IMG/VR virus record: IMGVR_UViG_3300042484_001525
Span: 1 to 35,290 of that record
Source: a virus
Taxonomy: Duplodnaviria; Caudoviricetes
Direction: 5' to 3' (one strand)
DNA: 35,290 nt
Below are positions 1 to 8,852 of this stretch, one piece after another. Under the pieces are notes generated by a model, which saw nothing but the letters and a program-made list of their open reading frames with translations, had not been told where the DNA came from and ran no database searches. Each line of letters starts with the position of its first letter. Position 1 is the stretch's first letter. A program made the position numbers and the translations under genes.

Positions 1-2080
1 GGGTGCTGGTGTCAACTAGAGTCTGGGCTTCGAGGGTTGCTTGCTGAGCTGAGGAGTAAGTAGCTTGTGACGAAGCTTCGTTAGAAGTTGCTATGTCTAA
101 ATCTGTGCTCGCTTTATTATATTCTTCTTGCTTGACATCTAGAATAATCTTATTAGAAATAACTTCTAACGAAAGTGCTTCGTTTAAAGTTTGGGAAGCT
201 TGACTTTTTTCGGCTTCTGCGTTATAGTTTTGCTCGGCTGTCTGAAGCTGGGATTCAGCTGCATCTAGGTTTTCACGAGCTTCGTTTAAAGTTTCTTGAG
301 CTGAGTTAAGAGCTGGAAGCAGAGCAGGGTCTTTGATGAGTGGGGCTGTTGGTTGACCTAAGTAAGAGATGGTTCCAGTGATGTGCTTGTACCAACCGCC
401 GCAAGGGTCGCCCCAGACTGAGTTATTGGCAGAGATGGTTATCTGGTTGCCTTGTAGGTTTGGTTGGATGTCAACGCCACACTCTGGGCGGCCTTTAGCC
501 TCGTAGCGTAGTTTGCTGGAAACAAATACTGCACCTTCTGGGGCTGTATAAGTTGCCTGTCCGCCTTCGTTGATTTGGACGTCGATGGTGCCCTCGGTTA
601 GTAGGGGTTCAGTCGTGTAGTAGGTCTCGTAGGTATAATAAGTTTCTTCCTCGTAAGTGATAACTTCTTCATAGGTTGTTTCAGTTACATACTCTCCGTG
701 AGTAACTTGTAGTACTGGATTTTTCACACGAGGTCCATACATTCCATACCAAAAACCGTGGTCTATTCCAGAGAATGAAACAGTTATGTAAGAAACAGGT
801 CCTGTGACTGTGAGGGTTACACTTCTATTTGTCCAGTCATGTGCTGTTCTTGTGTTGGTGTATGTAGCGGTTCCAACTGGGTTTCGGTTGATGTCCTCTG
901 CTGTGACAGTCATTGAGTAACTGTCCGCAGTCCAGTCGCTGAACCAGTCCGCAGATAAAGTAAGAGTTGCGTTGTTGAAAGGTCCAGAATAAAGACCTTG
1001 GCTGACTGTTTGGTCCATATAAGAGAAGGTAATCTCTCCATCGTACATACCGGGCTGTGAGCCTTGCCACCCCCAGTAAACTCCGCTCCAACCATCTGTG
1101 GTGGTTAGTGTTGGGTTAGGCAGTAGGTTTGGGATTACCTGCTCTTGGAAAGAGGTAGTTGTGGTTGGGACAAGTGTGCGAACTTCTACTTGTCTAGTAT
1201 TTAGAACTGTGCGAATATGCTCCTTCTGATAAGTAGGTGGTGTCCAGTTTGGGTCTGGTATCAGATTGGTGTCGTAGTCCTGCTGTGCCTGCTGTAAGGT
1301 TTGCTCTGCTTCTGCTAAAGATTGTGCTGCTGTGCTGGCTTCTGCTTGACGTTCATTTAAAGTTAGGAGTGCCTGGGCTGTGACTTCTTGCTGGTGCGTC
1401 AGAGATGCGTCAGAGAGTTCCTTTTTGGTTACAGATTCGTTGTAGGTTGTTTTTGCCTGGGAAAGTGACGCGTCAGATGACGCCTTTGCTTGTTCCTTGG
1501 CTACTTTGTCTGCTGTGGCTTGGTCTAGGGTGTCTTTGGCGTTCTGCTCTGCTGTTTGGGCAGTTAGAAGTGAGGTTTCGGCAGTCTGGAGGCTGTTTAG
1601 AGCAGTTTGGAGAGAGAATTGAGCGTTTTTTAATGCTGTGAGGGCATTTTCGGCAGTAGTTATCCTCTTTTTGAGGTCTAGGATGCTGTTTTCGACGTCA
1701 GTAATGGCTTTAGAGGCAGAGGGGGTGTTTAGAGGGTCTTTAGCGTCGGAAATGAGGAGTGTTTTGAGTTGATTTTCGAAGTTTGATAGTGTAGACTTTA
1801 GGGTGTTCAAATCTTCTATGGAAGGAAGTAAAGATGCAGGTCGTAATAAATCTCGATAGCTTCTGGGTAGGCTTTTTGGCTGGTTTAGTAGCGTTGACTG
1901 TTTTAGGGATGGTGTTGAATGTCCGTACGTTGCGGAAGACAAAGCAAGAGACGACTTCTCAAAAGAAGAAGTAGCTGCTTCAGCCATACAGATAGGCAGA
2001 AAAACAAAAAGGGCCGTTGTACCTAACAGCGGTCCTTTTTTAATGGTCTTTTTAGACTTAGTGTTACGGTGCTCTCCCAC
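1..2080 (-). CDS. Large coiled-coil protein with FBA-like and SUEL/Gal-lectin-like modules (partial, runs off left edge, >690 aa)
   Basis: Hand translation of the minus strand from GTG at 2080 gives no stop to position 1. Hydrophobic N-terminal segment (GPLLGTTALFVFLPICMAEA), A/Q/E-rich heptads, motifs FSGIDHGFWYGMYGPRV (~725-775) and ANNSVWGDPCGGWYKHI (~380-430). Start codon uncertain. Confidence 0.8.
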   Translation of the reverse strand, partial: MGEHRNTKSKKTIKKGPLLGTTALFVFLPICMAEAATSSFEKSSLALSSATYGHSTPSLKQSTLLNQPKSLPRSYRDLLRPASLLPSIEDLNTLKSTLSNFENQLKTLLISDAKDPLNTPSASKAITDVENSILDLKKRITTAENALTALKNAQFSLQTALNSLQTAETSLLTAQTAEQNAKDTLDQATADKVAKEQAKASSDASLSQAKTTYNESVTKKELSDASLTHQQEVTAQALLTLNERQAEASTAAQSLAEAEQTLQQAQQDYDTNLIPDPNWTPPTYQKEHIRTVLNTRQVEVRTLVPTTTTSFQEQVIPNLLPNPTLTTTDGWSGVYWGWQGSQPGMYDGEITFSYMDQTVSQGLYSGPFNNATLTLSADWFSDWTADSYSMTVTAEDINRNPVGTATYTNTRTAHDWTNRSVTLTVTGPVSYITVSFSGIDHGFWYGMYGPRVKNPVLQVTHGEYVTETTYEEVITYEEETYYTYETYYTTEPLLTEGTIDVQINEGGQATYTAPEGAVFVSSKLRYEAKGRPECGVDIQPNLQGNQITISANNSVWGDPCGGWYKHITGTISYLGQPTAPLIKDPALLPALNSAQETLNEARENLDAAESQLQTAEQNYNAEAEKSQASQTLNEALSLEVISNKIILDVKQEEYNKASTDLDIATSNEASSQATYSSAQQATLEAQTLVDTST

Positions 2081-2142
2081 ACCCTTACGAGGGCGTGACA
2101 CGGTAGAAATCCTTTGGCTAGATGTTCGGTTCTACATCTATT

Positions 2143-2382
2143 TTACCACAGATCGTTGAGCCGGACGTAGATTGTGGCTCCAAGAGTGAACACAAGAATA
2201 CCAATTGCAAAAACTAATCCACCTAAAAAGAAGGTGTGGTCATAGCACCAAGCGATTCCGTAGAGAGGTAGATGGATGTAAATAAATGATGGACATGCTC
2301 CCGCTTGGAACGCTTTTGTTAGTATCGGGGACGTCGCTAAGGACAGAATTATCAGAAAAATGGACAAAAACTCTAAAGACAC
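2143..2382 (-). CDS. Possible small membrane protein
   Basis: 79-aa ORF with two hydrophobic stretches, co-oriented with the 1-2080 gene; no family recognised. Confidence 0.35.
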   Translation of the reverse strand: MSLEFLSIFLIILSLATSPILTKAFQAGACPSFIYIHLPLYGIAWCYDHTFFLGGLVFAIGILVFTLGATIYVRLNDLW

Positions 2383-2422
2383 GTAAAACTCCTTTTATAA
2401 CTGTTAGTGCAATACTAGCACA

Positions 2423-2526
2423 AAATAGGAAAAATAAACACCCAAAACGAGATAGTATCCGGAAAATGGTAATTTGGAGATACTATACAGAAATAGGAAA
2501 AATATTTACCCAAAACGAGATAGTAT
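2423..2526. repeat. 36-bp direct repeat x2
   Basis: AAATAGGAAAAATA(AAC/TTT)ACCCAAAACGAGATAGTAT at 2423-2458 and 2491-2526 (33/36 identical). Confidence 0.9.
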
Positions 2527-2535
2527 GTACAACCT

Positions 2536-2641
2536 ATGTCAACTTATATATGAATGTCAACTTATTTTCCTATACGCGTGTGCGCGTGTGTATAGGGGTC
2601 CCGAAAATTAAGTCGACATTCATCCAAAAGTTGACATTCAT
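2536..2641. promoter_or_regulatory. Dyad-symmetric four-site region at the strand switch (operator, divergent promoter or origin candidate)
   Basis: ATGTCAACTT 2536-2545 and ATGAATGTCAACTT 2550-2563 face AAGTCGACATTCAT 2610-2623 and AAGTTGACATTCAT 2628-2641 around a CCTATAC...GTATAGG core. Confidence 0.6.
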
Positions 2642-2683
2642 AAATATTAGTTGAAATACGAAAAAGTGTGCTAGAGTGTGGAT

Positions 2684-3151
2684 ATGGAAAATATAACTAA
2701 CCCTTACGAGTTTTTGGACTTCGGAATTGAAGATTCAAAAGCAGCTGAAGAAAAGATTGCAAGTCAAGGTCGAAGCGACCGAGATAAGAGAATCTGCGCA
2801 TGTGGACATCCAATGGCTAGACATTGGACCGAACACGGAAAAACATTATGTAAGCCATCGAAGATGGAATGCCCTTGTAGGTTTGAAAGTCACAGAGCAG
2901 TTTTGTTGGCTGGAGATGCCAGAAAGTTCCTGAGAAAGACAGAAGGTCCCGGACCTGAACATGCTCTTGCTCGTGGTATCCTAGCTTCAATAGAATCTGG
3001 ATCTGATGTAGAGTGGCTAGTCGAGATGGTTTGTGATTTCTGTGGGGAGCATTCCCAACTAAGTCCAGTACCAGTTACATCATCTAGGTCTGTCGAGTTT
3101 AAGGCAACAGGGTACGACGCTTTGTTGTGTAGGAAGTGTAGAGGACTTTGA
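2684..3151 (+). CDS. Cys-rich hypothetical protein (zinc-binding), probably leaderless
   Basis: CACGH, CPC and CxxC motifs; TGcTAGAGT extended -10 ends at 2677 and ATG 2684 sits at the expected +1. Confidence 0.75.
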   Translation: MENITNPYEFLDFGIEDSKAAEEKIASQGRSDRDKRICACGHPMARHWTEHGKTLCKPSKMECPCRFESHRAVLLAGDARKFLRKTEGPGPEHALARGILASIESGSDVEWLVEMVCDFCGEHSQLSPVPVTSSRSVEFKATGYDALLCRKCRGL

Positions 3152-3372
3152 GTAAAGGCAAATACGAAAGATTAATAACATGCCCAGGATGTCATGGGGA
3201 GGGTTCTGAATGGGACCCACACCTAAAGGACTACACCATAGATTGCCAAACCTGCGTAGGTGAAGGACAGATTTGTGGAGAGTGCTACCTGAATGTTGAC
3301 AGTTGTCAAGGTGAGGGTATATGCTGGGACCAAGACCCAGAAGATTTATTTGACCCAACGGAGGAGTATTAA
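3148..3372 (+). CDS. Small DnaJ-type CxxCxGxG zinc-finger protein
   Basis: CPGCHGEG and CQTCVGEG motifs; overlaps upstream stop. Confidence 0.7.
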   Translation: MSKGKYERLITCPGCHGEGSEWDPHLKDYTIDCQTCVGEGQICGECYLNVDSCQGEGICWDQDPEDLFDPTEEY

Positions 3373-3373
3373 A

Positions 3374-3691
3374 ATGGCTAAGCGAAAAGAGCTAACAAAG
3401 AAACAAAAAGAAATGATTGACAAGGCTTTTCAAGAAGTCGATAAAGTCTATGTCGAGACAGAGTTCGGTCCAATTGGATTAATCTCACTAGACGAAATGC
3501 CAATGCAACAGATGAAGAAGTTTATGACCTCTCCGGGGGAACAGCGCATGACACACATGTTCGATTTTCTTCAAATATGCCTAGTAGACCCAACCGATTG
3601 GGATAGGATATCCTCATTGCCAGTTAAAAAGATAAATAGGATTATCCAACAATGGATGGCTGGTAGTGATTCAGACTCAAAGGAGGAGTAG
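3374..3691 (+). CDS. Hypothetical protein
   Basis: GGAGGAG RBS upstream of ATG 3374; helical 105-aa ORF in a tightly packed cluster. Confidence 0.75.
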   Translation: MAKRKELTKKQKEMIDKAFQEVDKVYVETEFGPIGLISLDEMPMQQMKKFMTSPGEQRMTHMFDFLQICLVDPTDWDRISSLPVKKINRIIQQWMAGSDSDSKEE

Positions 3692-3695
3692 GACC

Positions 3696-3881
3696 TTGGA
3701 AAACGAAGAGCAGTGGGTAGAGTGTGAAGTCTGCGAAGGTGCAGGACAAGTAGAGAACATGAGCTACGACCCAAACCACGACTGTGCGTTTAGATATGAT
3801 TGCGACTGCGATGATGCAAAGGATTTCTTTTTATGTAATCCTTGCGATGGAGAAGGATGGGTCGAAAACCTAGATGATTAA
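3696..3881 (+). CDS. Small CxxCxGxG zinc-finger protein
   Basis: AGGAGG RBS, TTG start; CEVCEGAG and CNPCDGEG motifs. Confidence 0.7.
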   Translation: MENEEQWVECEVCEGAGQVENMSYDPNHDCAFRYDCDCDDAKDFFLCNPCDGEGWVENLDD

Positions 3882-4362
3882 AGCAACACTTGTATTTGGC
3901 TTAGAGTCAAATGCATACAAAAAGACGATTACGGAAATAGACGGAAAAGAAACCACCCTGTGGAATGCCAGTATGGACAGAGACCTGTTGAGTGATGCAA
4001 CTGAAATCATGTACGAAGTCATTGCCGAAAACTACCCAACCTCAAACTTCTATGTTGAGTGGGTCATGGGTGAAGACAACCTCAAAGAGTATTCCCCAGA
4101 GGGAAGGCCTATGACTAAATACACAGTCGTTCTATTCGATGAAGATTTATCTGGCACTTGGAATATGAAAAACATCAAGTCCATCGAGAATCAACTAAAC
4201 GAAACTTTCCGAAACAAGTTTGTCTATGCCTTTGGTGATATCGACCTAGACTACCCTGATGGAGTGTGGTGCAATGCTTGTACAAAAGATTCAAGCAGAA
4301 CACAATGCACCAACTGTGGTGGAGAAAAAATCATCACTTACGAAAGTCTCTTAAATGACTAA
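3874..4362 (+). CDS. Hypothetical protein with C-terminal zinc ribbon
   Basis: 162 aa, CNAC...CTNC near C-terminus, overlaps neighbours. Confidence 0.75.
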   Translation: MIKATLVFGLESNAYKKTITEIDGKETTLWNASMDRDLLSDATEIMYEVIAENYPTSNFYVEWVMGEDNLKEYSPEGRPMTKYTVVLFDEDLSGTWNMKNIKSIENQLNETFRNKFVYAFGDIDLDYPDGVWCNACTKDSSRTQCTNCGGEKIITYESLLND

Positions 4363-5023
4363 ACCGCATTATGATGTTTTGATTGCGACCCCTGCTCCAA
4401 ACTTCCACCCTCAGTATGTGGAAAGTTTAGTTGACACTATCCGGTGGTTGGAGTCCAATGGGAAAACCTATAAGTTCCTAACTAAGCAAAGTTCATTCAT
4501 CCCAAGTGGCAGAGAGCTAACCGCTTTAGACCAATACGAAAATGATTGGGATACCAGAGAAGTTGGTGCGGGTAAATATACCTATGGCAAAATCTTCTGG
4601 ATTGATTCTGATATCTCTTGGGATGTCGAGATGTTCCAAAAAGTCCTAGAGTCTGATTTAGATATCTTGGGTGGTCTCTACCAGACGAACCCGAATGGTC
4701 AGGTTGCCTGTGCAAACTTTGACAGCAAGGGTAGACCCACCCTAGTCAAAGAATCTGATTTCTTCATGCAAGATGAACCTGTCGAAGTCTTTGGGATTGG
4801 CTTTGGATTTATCGCCATGAAGTCTGGTGTCTTTGAGAATATGGACAGACCTTGGTTTCGGATTAGAGGCGTTCAATGGGATGGCTTAGATTTCGAGTGC
4901 AATATTGGTGAGGACTACTCGTGGTGTATGAATGCCCGAAACAATGGTTTCCGTGTTATGCTGGACCCAACAGTTAGAGTGAAACATCACAAAGAGATTA
5001 TCTACGAATTGAGACCTTCCTGA
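4355..5023 (+). CDS. GT-A fold (GT2-like) glycosyltransferase
   Basis: VLIATP start, DxD motif (WIDSD), GFGFIAM, GEDYSWC and terminal VKHH, typical of phage GT2-like proteins. Confidence 0.8.
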   Translation: MTKPHYDVLIATPAPNFHPQYVESLVDTIRWLESNGKTYKFLTKQSSFIPSGRELTALDQYENDWDTREVGAGKYTYGKIFWIDSDISWDVEMFQKVLESDLDILGGLYQTNPNGQVACANFDSKGRPTLVKESDFFMQDEPVEVFGIGFGFIAMKSGVFENMDRPWFRIRGVQWDGLDFECNIGEDYSWCMNARNNGFRVMLDPTVRVKHHKEIIYELRPS

Positions 5024-5223
5024 TGGACGAACTAGATAGAATTTGCGGATACTGCCATACGAATAATCACGATATGTGCAGACCAAAAATAACGTGGTAC
5101 GACAAAGTGTGGTACTGCAACTGTAAAACTTGCCAAGAGCAAGAGAAAGTAGAGACAAATACAAATGAAGAAGTTATTCAAGAACCTATTCACCAGCAAG
5201 AAGAAGAAGCAGAAAGCAATTGA
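5023..5223 (+). CDS. Small Cys/His-rich protein
   Basis: CGYC...H..C...CNCKTC; start overlaps upstream stop. Confidence 0.6.
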   Translation: MDELDRICGYCHTNNHDMCRPKITWYDKVWYCNCKTCQEQEKVETNTNEEVIQEPIHQQEEEAESN

Positions 5224-5419
5224 CGATTCTTACATCGAACTAGACAGGATTCTGAGACAGAAGAGACTAGAGCACGATATCGCCCTAGCAAAGAAAGCTG
5301 CTCAAAAGCCTGCTCAAAAGCCTGCTGCAAAAAAGGTCCCAGTTAAGAATGTAACCGTAACCGTGAACAAAACAACAAAGACCCCAACTGCTAAAAAGCC
5401 AGTACCAAAGAAGAAGTAA
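5165..5419 (+). CDS. Lys/Ala/Pro-rich basic (histone-H1-like tail) protein
   Basis: KKAAQKPAQKPAAKK and AKKPVPKKK repeats. Confidence 0.65.
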   Translation: MKKLFKNLFTSKKKKQKAIDDSYIELDRILRQKRLEHDIALAKKAAQKPAQKPAAKKVPVKNVTVTVNKTTKTPTAKKPVPKKK

Positions 5420-5860
5420 ATGAACCTAGTCACCCCCAAAGAAGCTGCGAAAGCCTCTTATGTTACTTTAGGTATGATTGCCTACTGGATAAGAAAAGGA
5501 CGTGTAAAAAAGCACTACGTCTTGGACAGCACTTGGCGGTACTTGGTTGATTTGGATGAAATCAAAAAGGCTTCCGAAGGGATGGAAGGTATGAAAGCAG
5601 ATGCCCCACCCAACTTGATTACAAGAGAAGAAGCAGCCCAACTGATTTGGACATCAAAAGGCTCCATTGGATATTATGTTCGGATGGGATATCTGAAAAG
5701 ATATTACGTCCTCGGAAACAAGTATCACTATCTAGTGGACCGAGATGAAGTCATTGCCCAGATTAGTTTGATGCAAGAACGAAATGATTCAAGGAAACCA
5801 TTGCTAAGTAAAAAGGCAAAACTACAGAATCGTAGTGGTGGCAAATTCGCCAAATCCTAA
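5420..5860 (+). CDS. Tandem excisionase/MerR-like HTH DNA-binding protein
   Basis: Two internal repeats: NLVTPKEAA...YWIRKGRVKKHYVL...YLVDLDEI and NLITREEAA...YYVRMGYLKRYYVL...YLVDRDEV. Confidence 0.7.
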   Translation: MNLVTPKEAAKASYVTLGMIAYWIRKGRVKKHYVLDSTWRYLVDLDEIKKASEGMEGMKADAPPNLITREEAAQLIWTSKGSIGYYVRMGYLKRYYVLGNKYHYLVDRDEVIAQISLMQERNDSRKPLLSKKAKLQNRSGGKFAKS

Positions 5861-5876
5861 AGCATTTTTTTAGAAG

Positions 5877-5921
5877 ACCCTGTAAAAATCAAAACCCTTG
5901 ATTTTACAGGGTTTTTCTTTT
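5877..5921 (+). terminator. Intrinsic terminator
   Basis: ACCCTGTAAAA...TTTTACAGGGT stem followed by TTTTCTTT. Confidence 0.75.
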
Positions 5922-6143
5922 GTTTGTAAATAGAAAAATGCTGCTGTGTCTCTCAATTCCCAAAAAAACTTTTTCAAACTCATGGCAAAATGTAACTATC
6001 GAACTTCCCTTGAAACGAAGTTCGTTGGGCGAGACATCTCAAACTGCTATAAAAAAGCAAACGTTGGAGACGGGTCGGTAAACAGTCTCTCCCCGGTTTT
6101 ACCGATCCGCCTCTCCTAAACATTGAACGGACGTTGATTAAAA

Positions 6144-7088
6144 GTGATAGACCAGAAAGATCCGGATAGCTCCTCAACTTCTAACGAAGTTGATGACATC
6201 TTCAGCAGGCCTGAAGAAGAGAAAGCTATTATAGAAATCAACGCCCCTCTCAACATCCGGCCTGACCTCTCAGAATTGGGCATCGAGGAAACCGACCGCG
6301 GCGTGTGTGAGGACTCATATGAAAACCGTGCCATCTTACGTCGAGCTCGTTTAAACTGGATTCCCGTTTACGCAGTCAACGGCGTGCCAACAGGACTCAT
6401 TCAAGCAATTAGCCAAGAGATGGCAACCGAGAAGAGAATCATGTCTCTTGCGGAAAAGAAGCCCCTGCTAGTTGAACCGACAAACAAGAACTCTGATTAT
6501 ATAACTGGCTATGACCTCATCGCTGAGGAAGCCGCTGACTACCTCGTTCCACCTTGGGTTGTTGGAGCTACCCGCGCCTGGATTAAAGAACAAACGGAAC
6601 CCGTTAAAAGTTCGAAGCGGAAGCCTGCCACATTACCTCACAGATGTCAAGCAGTTAAGGATGACGGAATCCGATGCCAACTTTGGACTTCTGGACGTCT
6701 ACAAGATGACGGCCTATGTCGTATTCACCTGAGAAGCATCAAGCATCGTCCAGGCGACGACATTGAACGAGCTCGTGCGAAGTTGACCCAGGCAGCTCCT
6801 TACGCCGTCGACGTCCTCGAAGACATGATGACCAACGCAGAGTCCGAGCCCGTGAAGCTTAAAGCTGCAACGGAGATTTTGGACAGGGCCGGGATCCGCG
6901 GCGGTGTCGAACTTGACACGAACGTCAATATCGACGTCCGGCCTGCAGCTTCCGTCATCGCTGAAAGATTGAACAGACTTGCCATCAACGCAAACGATGC
7001 AGCGGCGAAGCTAGCCGAAGCCGGCATCACTGTCCAGGCAGATAAAGATATAATAGACGCCGAGGTTGTTGAGGGGGAAAAAGAATGA
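6144..7088 (+). CDS. Putative terminase small subunit-like protein
   Basis: RCQAVKDDGIRC...GLCRIH Cys/His motif followed by helical AAPYAVDVLEDMM...VKLKAATEILDRAG and terminal IIDAEVVE, a pattern I associate with actinophage TerS-like proteins. The ORF is solid; the function is tentative. Confidence 0.55.
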   Translation: MIDQKDPDSSSTSNEVDDIFSRPEEEKAIIEINAPLNIRPDLSELGIEETDRGVCEDSYENRAILRRARLNWIPVYAVNGVPTGLIQAISQEMATEKRIMSLAEKKPLLVEPTNKNSDYITGYDLIAEEAADYLVPPWVVGATRAWIKEQTEPVKSSKRKPATLPHRCQAVKDDGIRCQLWTSGRLQDDGLCRIHLRSIKHRPGDDIERARAKLTQAAPYAVDVLEDMMTNAESEPVKLKAATEILDRAGIRGGVELDTNVNIDVRPAASVIAERLNRLAINANDAAAKLAEAGITVQADKDIIDAEVVEGEKE

Positions 7089-7249
7089 ACGAGCTTTTAA
7101 CGAAGGCCATGGAGCTAGCTCAGCAGCTGGAAGCCGACATTGAACAGGCGTCGACGAGAGTAGACCATATCCGGATGACGGCTCGTGCAAACGAAGCCTG
7201 GGGACTGGTTAAGATCCTAGAAGAACTTTTAACGAATGAAGCTGTTTAA
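7085..7249 (+). CDS. Small helical hypothetical protein (54 aa, not in track)
   Basis: ATGA overlap with upstream stop; MNELLTKAMELAQQLEADIEQASTRVDHIRMTARANEAWGLVKILEELLTNEAV. Confidence 0.65.
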   Translation: MNELLTKAMELAQQLEADIEQASTRVDHIRMTARANEAWGLVKILEELLTNEAV

Positions 7250-8024
7250 AGTTAGAAGCGGCGATGCTGCTAGGGATTTATTTATATCAACCGCTGAAAG
7301 TTTTGTCGGCCTGACCGTTGCCAACCTGGAAGCCGTTCCGTTCACGCAAGCGATCGGAAGATCCGGTACAACTTGGAACGGAGTCTTCGTTGATTATTGC
7401 GCAGTGAAGGCGGGCCTGGGGCGAGAAATCCCATCACACATTTCAACGGCCAGCTCGTTAGGAACGTTCGTTAAAAGCTACCGGATACACAACCGTCCGC
7501 TTCCAGGCGACATTGCGTACTTCGAGATTCCAACGGACGTCGGCCCGCGTGTAGGAATAGTAACCGACGTCTCGAACTGGGAGAAGTTCGGCATGTTCCA
7601 ATGCGTGGAGGCACAAACCGACAGCGGCCTGCCTAGAGGGGATAAAATACCCAACGGTGTGTTCAAACGTACACGTTACAAGTACGAGGTCATCGCCTTC
7701 GCCCGTCCCAACTTTGCACGAGCTATAACCGACTCAGCTGAAGCTGCAGCTCCGGATCTAGAAAAAGATATAATGAAACCGCTCGTTAAAAGTTTTATCT
7801 GGCGGCCAGGCATAAAGCACCCAGACGTTGCGACCGTCCAGTTTGCTTTGTCTACAGTAAATGATTTAACGGGCGTGCCTCGAGGCGAGTGGGACTCCAG
7901 ATCCCAGGCAGCCTTCGCAAACTTTCAACGGAGGATTGGTTACACCCCAGTGGAAGCAAACGGCATCCCTGACGCTAAAAGTTTGAACGAGCTAGCAACG
8001 AGAACCGGCCTCTTCAGACTTTAA
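7236..8024 (+). CDS. CHAP-like domain plus C-terminal peptidoglycan-binding domain; catalytic residues appear substituted
   Basis: WNGVFVDYC / PGDIAYF / RVGIV / VEAQT / FARP match the CHAP layout WCxxFV / PGDxxxF / HVGIV / IEGNT; C-terminal DVATVQFAL...GEWD...AFANFQR...ANGIP is PG_binding_1-like. Confidence 0.7.
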   Translation: MKLFKVRSGDAARDLFISTAESFVGLTVANLEAVPFTQAIGRSGTTWNGVFVDYCAVKAGLGREIPSHISTASSLGTFVKSYRIHNRPLPGDIAYFEIPTDVGPRVGIVTDVSNWEKFGMFQCVEAQTDSGLPRGDKIPNGVFKRTRYKYEVIAFARPNFARAITDSAEAAAPDLEKDIMKPLVKSFIWRPGIKHPDVATVQFALSTVNDLTGVPRGEWDSRSQAAFANFQRRIGYTPVEANGIPDAKSLNELATRTGLFRL

Positions 8025-8074
8025 AAACTTTTTTACAAATTCGGGAATAAATTCAAAACGGCCTGCCATCCAGG

Positions 8075-8303
8075 CAAACTTTGAACGGACACGTCCGTGC
8101 GAAGTTGGCCAGCTGCAGATCCGGAAGCCAGGCAAACTTTTAACGGGGCTTGGTTTGAAGTCAGGCCCGCTCATCCGGATACCTCTCAAACTTTTAACGG
8201 ACTCTCGCCTGATGCGCCTGAAGGCGAGGCGGCATCCTCCAAACTTTTAACGGAGGCTCGTTCGAAGCTCGCGAGCTGAGCCCATCCAGGCAAACTTTTA
8301 ACG
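8075..8303 (+). repeat. Five spaced 13-mers CAAACTTT(T/G)AACG
   Basis: Copies start at 8075, 8133, 8187, 8240 and 8291 (spacing 58, 54, 53, 51); three are preceded by CCAGG. Confidence 0.85.
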
Positions 8304-8398
8304 TCGGCCTGCTAGGGACGTCGGCGAGGTCAACCGCTAGCCTCAGGCCTGTCTATAGGGCCCAAATCACCTCAACCGCTGTGCTTTATGATATTCGT

Positions 8399-8641
8399 AT
8401 GGAACATATTGAAATGCATCTGGTGCTACGCCCATCTGACATCGACCTAGCAGTGAACCTCGACCTCCTGGAGAGCCCAGACGACGAGTTCGAGTGCAGG
8501 GCCTGTCAAGAGGTCGTCGGGCACTACGAGGAGCACTTCTACCCTTTCGCCATTGTTCTGAACTCCTCTGACGAGGACTGGCTCATCTGCTACGAGTGTT
8601 ATTGGGCAGTGGTCCACCCAACGAAAAGTCTCTCGGACTAG
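8399..8641 (+). CDS. Small zinc-finger protein, probably leaderless
   Basis: CRAC...CYEC; TATGAT at 8387-8392 with ATG at 8399. Confidence 0.7.
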   Translation: MEHIEMHLVLRPSDIDLAVNLDLLESPDDEFECRACQEVVGHYEEHFYPFAIVLNSSDEDWLICYECYWAVVHPTKSLSD

Positions 8642-8790
8642 CAAGAGTAAATTAATAGGTATAAACAACTTCCAACGAAAAACTCGTTAGAAGTTCCCTG
8701 ATGCTGCCGATTTGCTAACAAACTCCCTTTCGTGTAAAGTTCAAAAGCAACTAAAAAAGAAAAAACTTTCGGATTTCGTGAAAACTTAAT

Positions 8791-8819
8791 TTGACAAGTG
8801 GGAATAAATCCCGAAGAAT
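8791..8819 (+). promoter_or_regulatory. SigA-type promoter
   Basis: TTGACA-17-AAGAAT upstream of GAAAGGA RBS and ATG 8853. Confidence 0.6.
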
Positions 8820-8852
8820 AGTTGTTGTCATAACTGAAAGGAAAAATCCAAA

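Noticed and set aside
837-1641. Short track ORFs 837-1091, 910-1095 and 1405-1641
   Set aside because: Alternative frames within the long minus-strand gene 1-2080.
2286-2654. 122-aa plus-strand ORF
   Set aside because: Runs through the direct and inverted repeat region, has no RBS and no recognisable protein features.
8097-8279. 60-aa ORF with repeated QTFNG
   Set aside because: Explained by the 13-mer DNA repeats, which continue outside the ORF and in other frames.
8649-8670. AAATTAATAGGTATAAACAACT as a 27th box
   Set aside because: Only partial similarity and not at the 12-nt spacing from a -35; could be chance in AT-rich DNA.
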